Assembly: GCA_964016885.1 (NCBI GenBank)
Contig: OZ024743.1
Location: 13,144,001-13,208,000, forward strand
DNA length: 64,000 nucleotides
Reading direction: 5' to 3'
From: Eledone cirrhosa
Taxonomy: Eukaryota
Shown here: piece after piece, positions 29,392 to 43,938 of the stretch
How positions within the stretch are numbered: the stretch's first letter is position 1
Layout of the letters: the number at the start of each line of letters is the position of its first letter
Notes under the pieces: generated by a model
What the model was told of the DNA's origin: nothing
The model's input: only the letters and a program-made list of their open reading frames with translations
Database searches by the model: none
Translations under genes and position numbers: made by a program

Positions 29392-30975
29392 GTATTTTTA
29401 CACTCACATACATACAGACATACATACATACACACTTATATACACACACATCCACACTTACATATACATATAATTATTGGGGGGGGGTTAAATTTATTAG
29501 TGTGAAATAGTAAATATATATAGGTTTCAAGGAACATAGAGTCATAACCTGAAGTTAAATCATTATATATATTTACTTAATGGTATCAGTTTTAGGAAAT
29601 GATATTTGTAAGAAGGAAAGCCAAATTATGTAGTTCATCAGTAGTAGAATATTAATTATAGGTTAACTAAATTAAAAATAGTTTATATATTAATTTCTAA
29701 AGTGTATATTAATTAGGTTTATAATATTTAAAGCAGAAATTTGTAATTCATCTGTAGTAGAATATTAATTATAGGTTAACTAAATTAAAATTAATTTATA
29801 TATTAATTTCCAAAGTGTATATTAATTAGGTTTATAATATTTAAATGTTTTTCTCAGTTTATGATTACACGATATTATTAATTCCTGTCGCTTATTTAAT
29901 AGGATATCCTTAGATTTCATTATTTCGAAAAGTTCTTGGGAACACAATCTACATTCATTTCTACTATTTTGATAAGGGGTGGCTCTTTTGAGCACACTCC
30001 AGGTCAGGTCATATTCTATATTCCTCTTTCTATAACTATTAATTTTTTCAGCTAGAGATGTTGTATTAGCTAGCGTGGCATTTTTAAAACTATGTTTGTG
30101 GGTATTAAATCTTACCTTAAAATTGTTAGAGGTAGCTCCTATATATGAACAAATAGAGTCCTTAGTGTTAACTTTACATTTATATATCATGTTATTAACA
30201 AGGCAATTTCCTTTTAATGGACAGTTTGCCTTGTTTCTACAGTTACAACTTTTCGTGAATCCTGTATTTGAGGAGATATTATGCCTAGTTTGATGTACTG
30301 GTGGTATACTTATGTTTTTTTTACATTTATATGCATTATAGGCACTTATATTTTGTTTTATGTTTTTGGTTGTTGAGTAGGAGAATTTAACTGTTGATCT
30401 ATTTAAGATTTGATGGTATTTGTGGTTTGGCGGGAAGTTTTTCTCTAGGATATTAAAGAATTTTTTAGGTATATTATCCTTAACTTGTAAATTAAATGGA
30501 GCATTATACCAAGTAACTCGTCTATTACGGTTTCTATGTTGTTTATTGTTTTTATAGGATGCATCCTGATGTTTACTAGGAGAATTATTGTTAATGACCT
30601 CTCCACATAATTTTTAGTTAGATTTATTGATTTAGGTGTTTTAGCTTGTTTATTAGGAGTTTTATTATTAACATTTATTAGAGTTGTAGGATGAGTAGTT
30701 TTTTGAGAGTTACTATAATGTATATTAGAGCAGTTAGAAAAATTTGGTTTTATGTTGGTATTTTGGGGTATAGTGTGAGTGGCATTTAGGTGTGTACATT
30801 TCATTTGGTGTTTGTTGGTAATATTAGGTTGTATGTTTGTAGTGTTATTGGTAGAAGGTATATATACTAATCTATTTTTGTGGCCACTTCTAGCTAGAGC
30901 TTCGTTATAAAAGGTCGCATTTTTATCAAATACATCTTGGTTAGACGGTCTAACCAAGATGTATTTGATAAAAAT
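28025..30975 (-). mobile_element. PLE family A, longest copy (thumb + GIY-YIG + ~1.8-kb 3' UTR), 5'-truncated with 28-bp fold-back
   Basis: ORF pieces 30445-30946 and 29822-30190 (IYKC...YIGATSNNFKVRFNTH, CRLCSQE); UTR homologous to 13918-14885; internal ~95-bp duplication 28545-28728. Confidence 0.9.
28225..28366 (-). ncRNA. Type-I minimal hammerhead ribozyme with long stem II (PLE family A)
   Basis: Minus strand TCATTATTT-CTGAAGA...GAAA-CGATCG-TA-AAATAATGA (perfect 9-bp stem I). Confidence 0.72.
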
Positions 30976-30979
30976 TATA

Positions 30980-33900
30980 TATTACGAACTCCAAGCCCAC
31001 ATGCGACTGGTCAAAAGCGAAGAGCTGTCCCCTCTTCGTTTGCTGTATGGGTCGGTTCCAGCTTAGATGGTGGTCGTGTTATCCATGTTCCGTCAGCCCT
31101 GTATATTCAAGACAGATCAGGGTATATATTTGCGTGTATGGTCCGGCGTCTACGCTATCCAAAGGGTCTTACTTGTGGTATTTTCAAGTTCGCATGTCAT
31201 CTCCCGTTTAAGACTGCGCATGCTTCGGTGAATCTCATGCATGGAATCTTGGGGTATCATATTACACGGGGTGACTAGCAGAAAATATATATTCTATGCT
31301 ATCGCGCACGCGCTGGCCTGTGGCTACGACCGTGTCCAGTCTCGGGTAGTAGCAGACAGCAGGTAGACAAGCTAGACACCCCCCTGTTCAAGGGGCACAA
31401 CCCCTAACTTATCGAGTGGTCAGACTTCAAGGGAGTCAACTCTCCAAGCCCATTAAGTCGACTGTGGTAAAATACAAATTCCTATTAGTAAAGAACTAAT
31501 CACTGATAATAAAGAACTAACTCAAAAGATGTGAGTGGGGGAGAGTGGGGAGGGGCATCTATTTGGGCGGGGGTTTACTAAGGGAGGGGGTGGGGGTGAG
31601 TGGTTATAGGCAGGGAGCGGCCGCCATATTGGGTGTTTTGTTACTGTTTCCCTGGGCATGTTCTCGAGTTTGTTGACATACAACTCCGACGGCACCTTCC
31701 CAGATTAGTCAACGTGGGTCCAGGCACTCACAATGTCCTACACTGCAGGCATCAGCTGCCCCCAGGGTGCCCAGCAACAATGTTTCCACCAATCCCAGGT
31801 TGGCAGGTGGGACACAAGGTCGTCTGTTCCTCACCAGTGTCCTCATCGCCAATCGGGGAGCCGAGGCATCTATGCGGCCGGGGTTACTAAAGATCACCCT
31901 GTTCGCCAGCGGGGCTGCCAGGTGCGGGACAGGGTGGTGTCAGGGCTATGTGTCCGGTCTGAAGAAAAAGAAAGAGCTAAGTATAGTATGGGGGCAGGAC
32001 GAGAAGATTTCTGATCTCCTGTTGAGCAAGTTGAGTCCTGAGAATACTATGGCATGAGATTCAGATAGGCACAGGCTACAAAACCTGCTCAACGAGCTAT
32101 ATGGAGGAGCTTTAGTAAGGCATCTCCAGCTTAGTGTGTAGGGGGGTTTTGTTTGTTTTAAGTTATGTATATGCCCCGCTAATGACGTGTTATTTTTAAG
32201 CTTCTCATATCGGAAGCTATGCTGGTGGGCGTTGAACCTCGTCTTGAACTCGTTAGCGGTTGATCCCACATACGTCTTAGTATACGTGTCTGTGGTTACG
32301 TTACAAGCATATACCACGTTCCTAATAAGGCAGTGTCCAGCTAGTGGGCATTTGTCCTTCCTTCTGCAATTACACTTTTTAATAGGGTCATGCTCCTCAA
32401 TCAGGGGTGCATGTCCCTCCAGACAGCCGCGGGGCGGCCTAGTGGGACCGGTTCTATTGCCTATTATTCCCCTGGGTCTTTCACTCAGTGGGTTGGTCCC
32501 GTGTTGTCGTGTGTACTGGCGTGGTTCACTATTTCGGATGGCCTTAAGTCCCTCTTTAATCTTACTCTTATTGGTCTTAGCTAGGTGTGAGGCCAGATTA
32601 GGGGTTGTAGAGTACGATAGCTTGACAGTATTCTTATTGATGACACTACCGTACCTACTACCCGGGGGGAAGTTCTTATCTATTAAAGAGAAAAAAGATT
32701 TGGGGAGGTCTGTAGTGACATTAGAGTTGAAGGGCGGGTTAAAGAAGGTACTATCACGTCTTCTATTCCTTCCACTGCGTTTCTTATCCCCTATGCTGCT
32801 TACCCTCTCTTCGTCTATATTATTACGGGTTCTACCAGGTGTGGTTGCTGGGCTCCCAGTGGTATGTGCGTTGGTCTCGAGTCTCCTAGGCCTCTGTCCC
32901 CCGTTTTCACTGTTGGACTTGCTTGGGGCGGCATAGCGCTTACCAGGCGTGTGGGCCCTATCCGTGTCTGCGTTGCGAGTGTTGTTGTTCTTAGCTAACT
33001 TCCTATTGTCCCTATTCGTCTTTCTAGCTCTCCTTCCAACTTCCATGGACATATTATGCGTGATTACAGTGTTGGGTTGGGGTGGCGGGGTGGTGCCGCC
33101 TGTCTCAACATAATGGAGTTTATCTTTGTGCCCTGACCCAGCTAGCGCCTTATTGTAATATTCCGCGTTCGCTTCAAATGCGGTCACGCTGCTAGATAGT
33201 CCGCTAATCCTACTAGATACTCCTTTAACTATTGCTTTGAGGACTGAGCCTGGGTGGTTGGAGCTGGCATTGACGTATGTCAGCCTTTCGTTAGGTTTAT
33301 GGTACGGTGCATATTCTAACTTATCTAGGTCTAGTGTGGCATCTAGAAAGTTGACTACCTTACTATTTCTATCCATAGTTATTGATAGGTTAAAATTCTT
33401 GAAGAATTTATATAGGTCCTTTCTAGTTCTTTCTAGGTTGTGTCGTTTAATGTCCACCGTAAGCAATGCGTCGTCACGGTATAGCCCACCTCTGAGGTGC
33501 GGGAGGTGCAAGTACAATCCGACGAGGTCTGTCACCTGCGGTGAGTCGCTAGACCTCATAGTGATGTCGAAGTTGTTACGAGTGTTCTTGCGCGTCCACA
33601 ATTCATCCTCAAATGTGATAATTTTACGAGCGGCAAGGACTATGTCAATCTGGGATCTAGTGAGTCCGCCCGTCCGCATTGCCATCATGAGCGCCTTATT
33701 TAGTAGTATGGGGGATATAGACGTATAGTAGGAGTCTATATCGAACTGGATGAAGCGTAGTGATTTGTGGTTGCTAATGCTTGAGAACCACTTTATCACT
33801 TCTGCAGTGTTTCCCCATAGGTTCAGGCTAATCCTGTCTTTAACTTTCGGTATTACTTCATCTAGTATTTTTTACTTATAATCCCTATGTCAGATTTAGA

Positions 33901-34680
33901 GGGGCTAATGAGCCTGACAGAGGGGCTACTTGCAAAGTCCTCCTTATGATATTTCAATGTGAACCTTGTTTGTCGGGGGGTATAAGGTTGTGTGCATTTC
34001 TCTAGTCCTAGCTTCGTTACTATCACTTTAGCCTCCCTGTTAATCTCATCTAGGTTGGTTACAGTGGTTTTTTTATAGTTTTTATGTAGCTCATTGTATA
34101 TGAAACCGCGGTATTCTTCATAACTCAGGTTGTACATATTCCTAGTCATGTCCGAGGGTACGAGTATACAATTTCTGTCCTTAAAAGATTTAACTAGTGA
34201 TTCTAACTTTGTTTGGAAGCCGCTACGCTTACCGTTTTTCCTTTTATATCTAATAGACCGGACGAGAGACAATAGGTCACTCTCAAATTTATCGAGTAGA
34301 GGGTTATGGGGTGGGCTCCTAAATGTCCTAAATCCATACTTATTATTCGATGGACTCTCTATTGGGGCGCTACGGCGCCTATTGAACTGAAATGTGCGCC
34401 ATCTTATTCTCCTTACTGTTCATCCTGTTGTATGTATGTAAATATCCGTGCGCGGGATATCCCTGAGTGCATTTTCTTGACCATCAATTGTTAATTGATT
34501 GTTTGTTAACTAGGCAGGAATATACCATTATGTCTGTGCTAATCCTATGTGTTACTGTATGTGTGTAAAGTATCCGAGCGCGGGATATCCCTGAGCTAAT
34601 TTTGCCTGACTGTTAATAGTGTATTGATTACTGGTTAATTAGGCAGGAATATATTATATATTATTATGTCTTTGTTAATC
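30980..34680 (-). mobile_element. Penelope-like element C (Nematis-like by inference), near full coding length
   Basis: RT/EN ORF 31946-33799, upstream pieces to ~34490; boundaries approximate; ~90-bp direct repeat at 34445/34572. Confidence 0.85.
31946..34490 (-). pseudogene. PLE-C polyprotein: RT + GIY-YIG
   Basis: KYGFRTFRSPP, FIQFDIDSYY, GGLYRDDALL, NFLDATL, SNHP, FFNPPF, CNCRRKDKCPLAGHCL, VVY...YVGST..FKTRFNAH, CSLCLSE; frameshift ~33860. Confidence 0.92.
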
Positions 34681-35634
34681 ATGTGTCAATAATTTTATGA
34701 TAATTTTTTGTGATAATACATTGTTAGATTACTGAAGCTACCTTATACCTTCTTAAAAATACATGTTATAATTATTGTCTCTTTGCTTATGTATTTTCTT
34801 ATTTACCACTTTCTTTAATCTTGCCCAACTTGATAAACTCTTTGAATTGCTCCCTAATTAAATTACTTAAATTACTTAAATTATTGTATCTATTATGCCT
34901 AAGTTGTATCTGTTGAAGCAGCTCTTTGAAAATTCCTCGGATATCCCAAATACCGTAATTTTTAACTTTTAATGTATAATTTTCCTCAATTCGTTTTTAT
35001 ATATATCCTTAAAGGCTCTCTAAAATTTTAATTCTTCGAAGGGTCTCTCGGAGGAAGTTCCTATTAAAAATATTAAAGGGGCCTTTTCTGAGAGATTTAT
35101 AGAAGGCTCTTTGAATTAACCTTTAAGTGATTAGTTTCTTTCAACTTAGTAGAGAATATCAAAACTCCGTAAGCTTTCAGAAATTTGTAAACGTGATCTC
35201 GGGGGAAGAAAGTTTTTTTCTTTGGGGAAAAATTTTTTTTTCTCTCGAAGGAATTTCATAGGAAACTTTATATTTTTTAGGGAAACTTTATATTTTTATT
35301 TTTTATTTTATTAGCCTCTTAATTTCTTCTAGTTTATTAGGCTTATTGGAGCCTGTAAGCTTTATGCACTTATTGGGGGATTTTTTAAGGTGCTTCCCAA
35401 GTCTTTTAGTTTACTGTTAATACGTAAATTATATATTATCTAAATTATATATTATCTAATTTTTAACCTTCAATCCCTGACCCCGACAACTAATATAAAA
35501 GAGCCCCCTTAGAATATAGACCCCAACTATACAAGCGGAGCTGCTGATGTGTACCACAATTTTAAACTGCTAGCCTTGAGTGATACGTTGATGTAAATAA
35601 TGATACTACAATCACATGTTATATGTGTGGCACG

Positions 35635-35947
35635 CATATAACATTTGCACTATATAACCGCTTATCTTCATGTTGTATTTTAACCTATATTTTTGATTTT
35701 TGATTGTACCTATTAATATAAATGTAATCTCGAAGTGTGTACTGCCACTCTAAATTCTGTAATGAATGTTGACCCACAATGTTTGAATATGTATCAATGT
35801 TTGAATATGTATTGGTATGTCTCTCGGCTGAAAAGGAGGTCATATAACTGTCCATGCATTAATAAATTGCTCCGAAGAATCCAAACCTCGGTTTGGAGGA
35901 AACAGCTGTAAGCACAATAATGTTTTGAACAGTTCTTTGATTCTTAT
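35635..35947 (+). mobile_element. Isolated 3' end of PLE family D, opposite orientation to the copy at 36715
   Basis: Reverse complement of ~36715-37010; contains HHR; ends at (TA)n. Confidence 0.8.
35866..35914 (+). ncRNA. Type-I minimal hammerhead, U4C variant
   Basis: TGCT-CCGAAGA-ATCCAAACC TC GGTTTGGAG-GAAA-CAGCTG-TA-AGCA; palindromic stem III. Confidence 0.68.
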
Positions 35948-35952
35948 ATTTC

Positions 35953-36017
<65 letters not shown>

Positions 36018-36026
36018 TATATATGT

Positions 36027-36078
<52 letters not shown>

Positions 36079-36097
36079 TATATATGCATATATATAT

Positions 36098-36164
<67 letters not shown>

Positions 36165-36470
36165 TACATATACATATATATATGTATATATGTGTGTGTG
36201 TGTGTGAGTGTGTCAAAGAAATGTCCACAGTACTTCAACAAACTGGATTACAAAAGTAGTATTTTGATGACATATTTATTATTTATTGGAATAGAAATAA
36301 AACCGAATTGATTTGTACTTGGTCACGTCTCTCAGATATAACGTTCTTTATATAGGTTTCACGTCAAATAGTTTATTAGTTTGATTTTAACAACCTTTTC
36401 AATTATGCTGCGAGAGAAAACTATATACGTATAAATGCATAAATACACTCCTACATACGTACACGAATTC

Positions 36471-36529
<59 letters not shown>

Positions 36530-36581
36530 TATGAATACATATACATATCTATATGTATACACACACACACACACACACGCA

Positions 36582-36679
<98 letters not shown>

Positions 36680-36714
36680 AACACATATATATATATACGT
36701 CTGAATTATAGGAA

Positions 36715-39640
36715 TTATAAGAATCAAAGAACTGTTCAAAACATTTTTATGCTTACAACTGTTTCCTCCAAACCGAGGTTTGGATTCTTCGGAGCAATTT
36801 ATTAATGAATGAACACTTATATGACCTCCTTTTCACCCAAGAGACATACAGATACATATGCAAATATTGTGGGTCAACATTCATTACAGCATTTAGAGTG
36901 GCAGTACACACTTAGAGATTACATTCATATTAAAAGATACAATCAAAAATACAGGTTAAAATACAACATGAAAATAAGCGGTTATATAGTGCAAAGGTTA
37001 TATGTGTGGCAAGCACGTGTGTCTTGTTTATATAGTGTGGCAGAGAGTTACGTGTAGTAGAAGCCCTTAAGTAGGTAAACAAGAGTGTTAGGTTGGTTGA
37101 TCTGGTGACAAATTCTTTATATGATTGTTATAGTCTGTGTGTGGAGAATAATATAAGCATTAAAAATAGTGCAAGCATTAAAAATATTAAAAATATTGGA
37201 AATGCGCAGTGAAGGGATGATATGGACCTCATGTACTTCGACATTTTCATAGTCTGGGCAGTGTATTTTTTAGATCATATGCCCCTCACATAATCCACGA
37301 CGATTCGATATTGAGCGTTTGACAATCCAGTTAGAGAATCGTAGTCTGATGTTCTTTAGTTCAATACAGGAGGATGTTACGTTTCGAGAATCGACATCGA
37401 AATACTACCCGGAAGTGTGTGTGTGGCTAAGGGGAGTTAATGCATGAGGGGAGGTAACTCCGAGGTTTCTATTACAAACTATTAAAATGTGTCTCAAAAT
37501 AGACCCTAACTTCTATGGTTATGCGCAATTTCTAAAAAATTTCTAAAACTTAAAGTGTTTTAACTATAGAGTAGTCTATTAAGTTGTGCTGAAGGTGTTC
37601 GTATTATTATGGTGATTAACCCCCATCGTAGAGTGCCACAAATGAATATTATAGACGACGAGCGAGGGTTCTAAATTAATGATCTCTGTGGTTGCAGTCT
37701 ACTCAAAGGACCCGTCGCGGTGATTGCAGAATCACTTCAACACACAATGATCTCTGGTAAGTTCCGTGTCATCGCTTGCTACATTGGATGTCGAAAGATA
37801 ATCACCAGGGCCGACCAGAGGTCAATCCGCAGTCCTCCTGACCCCAATCTGACCATCAAATCATCCATATATGTACAACCCATACGCCACTTGCAATACA
37901 TTCATTCCCTGCACTCAGCGTACCGGTCATACTGCTCATCAGCGTTACTAGATTAATTCGTTTTTCATCTGTCCAACGATGGCACTTCCTCCGCACAACA
38001 CTAACAAGACAATCAATTCATGCTTAAACTACCTATAGAGCGGTGTAGTGCAGTTCAAGTGGGTGGATGTTGTCACACCTAAAGTAGAGGTACAAATGGG
38101 TATTTGCCCTGCGAAGGGTACTAGAGGGATGTCGCTGTTTGTGTTATATTAGATCAGTGAGTGTTGGGTATGTGGTATAAGGTGTGCCCCTGGTGTTTGA
38201 TGCTAGAGGTGGTGTTTGGTTCAAGTCCGACATTGCTATATATTGGGCTTAAAGTTTTGGAAGGAATGTCTGAAGCGGTGCTGGCAAGTTGCAAACACTT
38301 CAGATTTTTTGTTAAGTAGGTTACGGTTAGAGAGGATAATATTGTGGGTCTCTAGTATACAGAGGTTACAAAATATATTAGGTGGTTTGTACGAAGTCGC
38401 GCTACCTATCACTTCCCATTTGAGTGTGTAAGGTTTATTTTTAGTTTTTAGATAGTGTATGTAGCTAGATAATGAGGTGGAGTTGGCTAGACTGTGCTAT
38501 TTGAACGAGTGGATGTGCGAATAAAATCTGATTTTGAAGCAGTTAGAAGTGGAGCCCACATAGGTTTCTGAAGAGTTGCTAGTTGTGACGGTGCATGAGT
38601 ATATGATATCCTTGGTTAGGCATTTTTTATCTAAAGGGCAGGTTCTATTAGCTCTACAGTTACAATTATCCTGTGTGTTAGTCTGCTGGTTATAATACAG
38701 TGCAGAAATCTGGGTGGTAGCTATAGGATTTTGGACATTCGGGTTGTCGACCCCGGTGTTATTTCTTATACTAGTGTTATTTCTATTGTTACTGCCGTTA
38801 CTATGGTTGCTCGCTACAGAGGTATTTAGAAGGTTTACCTCCTGTTGTGATTTCGTTTGTTGGAAGTAAGAATTAATTTTACTTTTATTGCTGCTAGCTA
38901 TGTGGTATGCTAAGTTAGGCGTCGTAGAGTATGAGATTTTAATAGTGTTTTTGTTTAAAAGGTTGTGGTACTTGTGTCCTAGAGGGAAGTTTTTATCTAG
39001 TAGTGAGAAGAAAGCCCTAGGTATGTTGGTGGAGACATTTAGGTTGAAAGGAGGGTTGAAAAATGTATTATTTCTTCTTCTATTTTTGTTTTTAGTGTCT
39101 GGTGTATTGTTTCTTCCTAAGGCACTACGGTAGTTTCCGTGGTAATGGTTACTTCCGGTGGCACCCTCCGCTTTGGTGCACTTGCGGTTGCTATTCCTAT
39201 TATTAGGTTTCCTCATGGACATGTTGTGCGAGATGATGTTGTAGCTATGCGTTTTCTTAGGTAGGAACTCAATTTCTATATTATGGCCGGATCTAGCTAA
39301 TGCTTGATTATAATATTGTGAGTTTTTGCTAAATATGTTTGCGTCATAGGATAGATTAGAGATTCTATTGGATACCCCCTAAGAGATAGAGTTTAATATT
39401 GATCTACGGTGATTAGACTTGGTATCTACGTAAATGAGTTTTTCGTTAGGCTTATGGAAAGGTGTATATATTTTTGAGTCTAGGTAGAGGGTGGCGTCTA
39501 GGAAGTTAACATTTTTAGTGTTTTTGACCATGGTGATACTAAGGTTAAAGTTTTTGAATGTCTTGTGCAATAGTTTTCTAGTTCTTTCTATATTAAATGT
39601 TTTATATTCTATAAGTAGAAGTGCATCATCGCACTATACG
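36715..39640 (-). mobile_element. Penelope-like element D, 5'-truncated at the RT DD motif, ~1.5-kb 3' UTR
   Basis: Coding remnant 38236-39638: DDAL, NFLDATL, FHKP, FFNPPF, CNCRANRTCPLDKKCL, IIY...YVGST..FKIRFYSH; premature TAG 38497-38499; HHR at 3' end. Confidence 0.88.
36750..36796 (-). ncRNA. Type-I minimal hammerhead, U4C variant (PLE-D 3' end)
   Basis: Reverse complement of the 35866 motif; stem III CAGTTG. Confidence 0.62.
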
Positions 39641-39836
39641 TATATATATATATTTCGTTTCTGAATTTGTTTAGCAAGATTGTTTATCTGAAAACGTATG
39701 TTGAAACCGATATTGTTATACTATGGGAGGGTCATGTGGCCAATAAGAAAAACACGCACCTGTAGCTTTCACTTCAATTTATTATAAATTTCCGGTTGGT
39801 TGGTTGGTTCCACAACCGAATAGTTGTTCATATGTT

Positions 39837-39879
39837 GTCAAAGTTCTTTCGTCACACGTTCTGTGACCTCATCAGTGAC
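39837..39879 (-). ncRNA. Type-I minimal hammerhead, canonical core (PLE-E)
   Basis: Minus strand GTCA-CTGATGA-GGTCAC...GTGAC-GAAA-GAAC-TT-TGAC. Confidence 0.68.
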
Positions 39880-41280
39880 TGGGGATTCCTTTCATTGTTT
39901 TGTGCCTCTCCTTTGTTCTGTCCTACGCTATCTTCTTTTTGTGTGTGTTGTGTGCTTAGTTTGCGCATATGTTACATCCGGGTGTCTTTTTATTTCTTTA
40001 TTTATTTGTGTGTTTTTATTTCTTTATTTATTTGTTTATTTACATGTTACTAGTTAGTTGTTTGTTCTATGTGTGTGTGTTTTCATTTTGTCCTTAATTG
40101 TAAGTTGTGATGTTTCTATTCCATTTATGTTTTCTATTTAATTTTGGTTGGAGTTCATTTATGTTTATTGCCTCTGTGATTTGTCTAAACATTGCGTCTT
40201 TTCTGTGTGTAGATTTTATTTTTATTTTTATGTTCTCTAATTTGCCCTTATGTTCTATTTTAGCATCTTGGTGGAGTACTGATGAGTCTTTTCTATCTTG
40301 GAGTTCTCGCCAGTGTTCATTTAATCGTTCTTCTATGCTACGAGCTGTCTCACTTATGTATATTATATTTTTATCTTTAGATTGTCCCTCAGTACATCTT
40401 ATGCTACATACTATGTTTCTAGTTTTACAGTTAATATGGGTGCTTAGTTTACAGGTTATGCATTTCTTATCTATACAGGGAGGTCTTTGAAAAAGGTATG
40501 TATTACTAATAAGTGCTTTTATTGAGGTACCTGGTCTTTCCACTATCTTAATATTTAGTTTAAGTTTATCTAGGGCACTTCTAAATTTCTAAGGTAGTGC
40601 ACCACTAGGGGTTGCATTGATGAACATTCCACTCTAGTATTTATTGCTATCATACAATGAGTTTATTTTATTATCCTTATTCCTAGTTCTTTCTATTCTA
40701 TTCCAAAATGTCCTCCTATACATGGGGCAGGTCCCATTTGTGTCATTATTTACCATTTTTTCCCATTTGGTTCTGGCTCTTCTATATACTCTGATTTTAT
40801 CTCTCTGATTGTAACCAGAAAACTGCATATGGTGGATGAAGTGTTGTATGTATCTCTCTAGTTCTTTGGGGTTGCACATGCGGGACACGTTTCTCATCAC
40901 CCTTACTAAATCCGCAATCAGTATGTTGATTTTGGTGTGATCCGAAACAGCTGAGTTTCGGTGGATGAGGTATTTGGAAGTCATGGGTTTGGCATAATGG
41001 GAATGGAAGATTTGTTTTTTGTTATTAATTGTTGCTAACCAGAGCTCTGTGTCTAGTACGGGTAATCGATGGTTGGGGTGTTTACTTGGGTAGTCTATAG
41101 TAACATTAATACTCTGGTGGATGGAATTAGCAATTTGCTGGATGCTTTCCATGGTGTTTTTCTCTAATTCCCGACTGTTCTCTACTGATGGGGGTGGGGG
41201 GTTACTACGATGTTTATATCATCAACGTAGCGGGAGGCACACAACAAAGGAGAGGCACAAAACAAAGAAAAGAATCCCCA

Positions 41281-41323
41281 GTAACTGATGAGGTCAAAGA
41301 ATGTGTGACGAAAGAAATTTGAC
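41281..41323 (+). ncRNA. Type-I minimal hammerhead, canonical core (PLE-E inverted pLTR)
   Basis: GTAA-CTGATGA-GGTCA...TGAC-GAAA-GAAATT-TGAC; stems I and III carry mismatches. Confidence 0.55.
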
Positions 41324-41539
41324 AATATATAAACAACCATTCGGTTGTGGAACCAACTAACCAACCGGAAATTTATAATAAATTGAAGTGAAAGTAACTG
41401 GTGCGTGTGTTTCTTATTGGCGACATGACCCTCCCAAAGTATAACAATAAATATATATATAAATATATTTATACATATTAAAAAAAGTCAGGACCCCGAC
41501 GGCTGAGCTCTGGCCATTTCGACAGCTAGATCCGAACGC

Positions 41540-43281
<1,742 letters not shown>

Positions 43282-43893
43282 GTGTATATATAAAGGTTAA
43301 CATATACATAAAGTTATAGGTATATACATGTTGCAACTGGTCACTTTTAAGCTCTATGAAGAATTAATAAATTAAAAAATCAGAGCAATATATCATAAAT
43401 CATGTCTTTAGAATCATCAGATAAAATATATACTATTTCTTCTTCTAATTAGCATAATTAACCATATAAAAAATCAATTAGATCAAGCTATAAGAAGAAA
43501 GGCTTTATGGAGAAATCTCCGACACATAACTGAACGTAGCCTCTTCGCGGTGGCCCCAATCGAGTATTTATCCAACATTTCGACAGCATGTAGAAACTGA
43601 CTTTCTAACCATCTATTAACCAGGTTATTGGTGATATTTCTAGGATGGTTAGAAAGTATTTCGAAAGTATATACTTTCCTTATGAAAATTAACGGCTGAG
43701 CAGCCTAATTTGCATATTAAGAGTGCCATACTAAGAGTGAGAAATGAAATTTCGTTTTCATTTTTTTCAACTTATCGTTTTCGGTATGCCTGATCGATTT
43801 AACTCACTCAATATGCAAATTAGGCTGCTCAGCCGTTAATTTTCATAAGGAAAGTATATACTTTCGAACGTTCAACTATCTGGCAGATGGGTA

Positions 43894-43938
43894 AACGGTG
43901 CTGATGATAGCTAACAAGCTTGAAACTAGTACATCGTT
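43894..43938 (+). ncRNA. Canonical type-I minimal hammerhead ribozyme (unit 1)
   Basis: AACGGTG-CTGATGA-TAGCT AACA AGCTT-GAAA-CTAG-TA-CATCGTT; predicted cleavage after 43931. Confidence 0.85.

Larger units (their letters stand above)
39715..41450 (-). mobile_element. Penelope-like element E (distinct clade), 5'-truncated, flanked by ~215-bp inverted pseudo-LTRs
   Basis: RYVDDINI, DYPSKHPNHRLPVLD, HYAKPM, MQFSGY, CIDKKCITC...C..RNIV..I.C, YISETARS..ERLNEH, RQITEA; 39720-39925 is the reverse complement of 41235-41445. Confidence 0.88.

Noticed and set aside
32187-33728. Long plus-strand ORFs antisense to PLE RT (also 16980-17423, 26258-26884)
   Set aside because: Shadow ORFs of the minus-strand coding sequence
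34700-35600. Decayed upstream ORF of PLE-C
   Set aside because: Multiple stops and no motif I could identify; left unassigned
43775-43835. Possible second, antisense hammerhead in the 500-bp unit (CTGAGCA...GAAA)
   Set aside because: Core has C at position 8 and no convincing stem I or III
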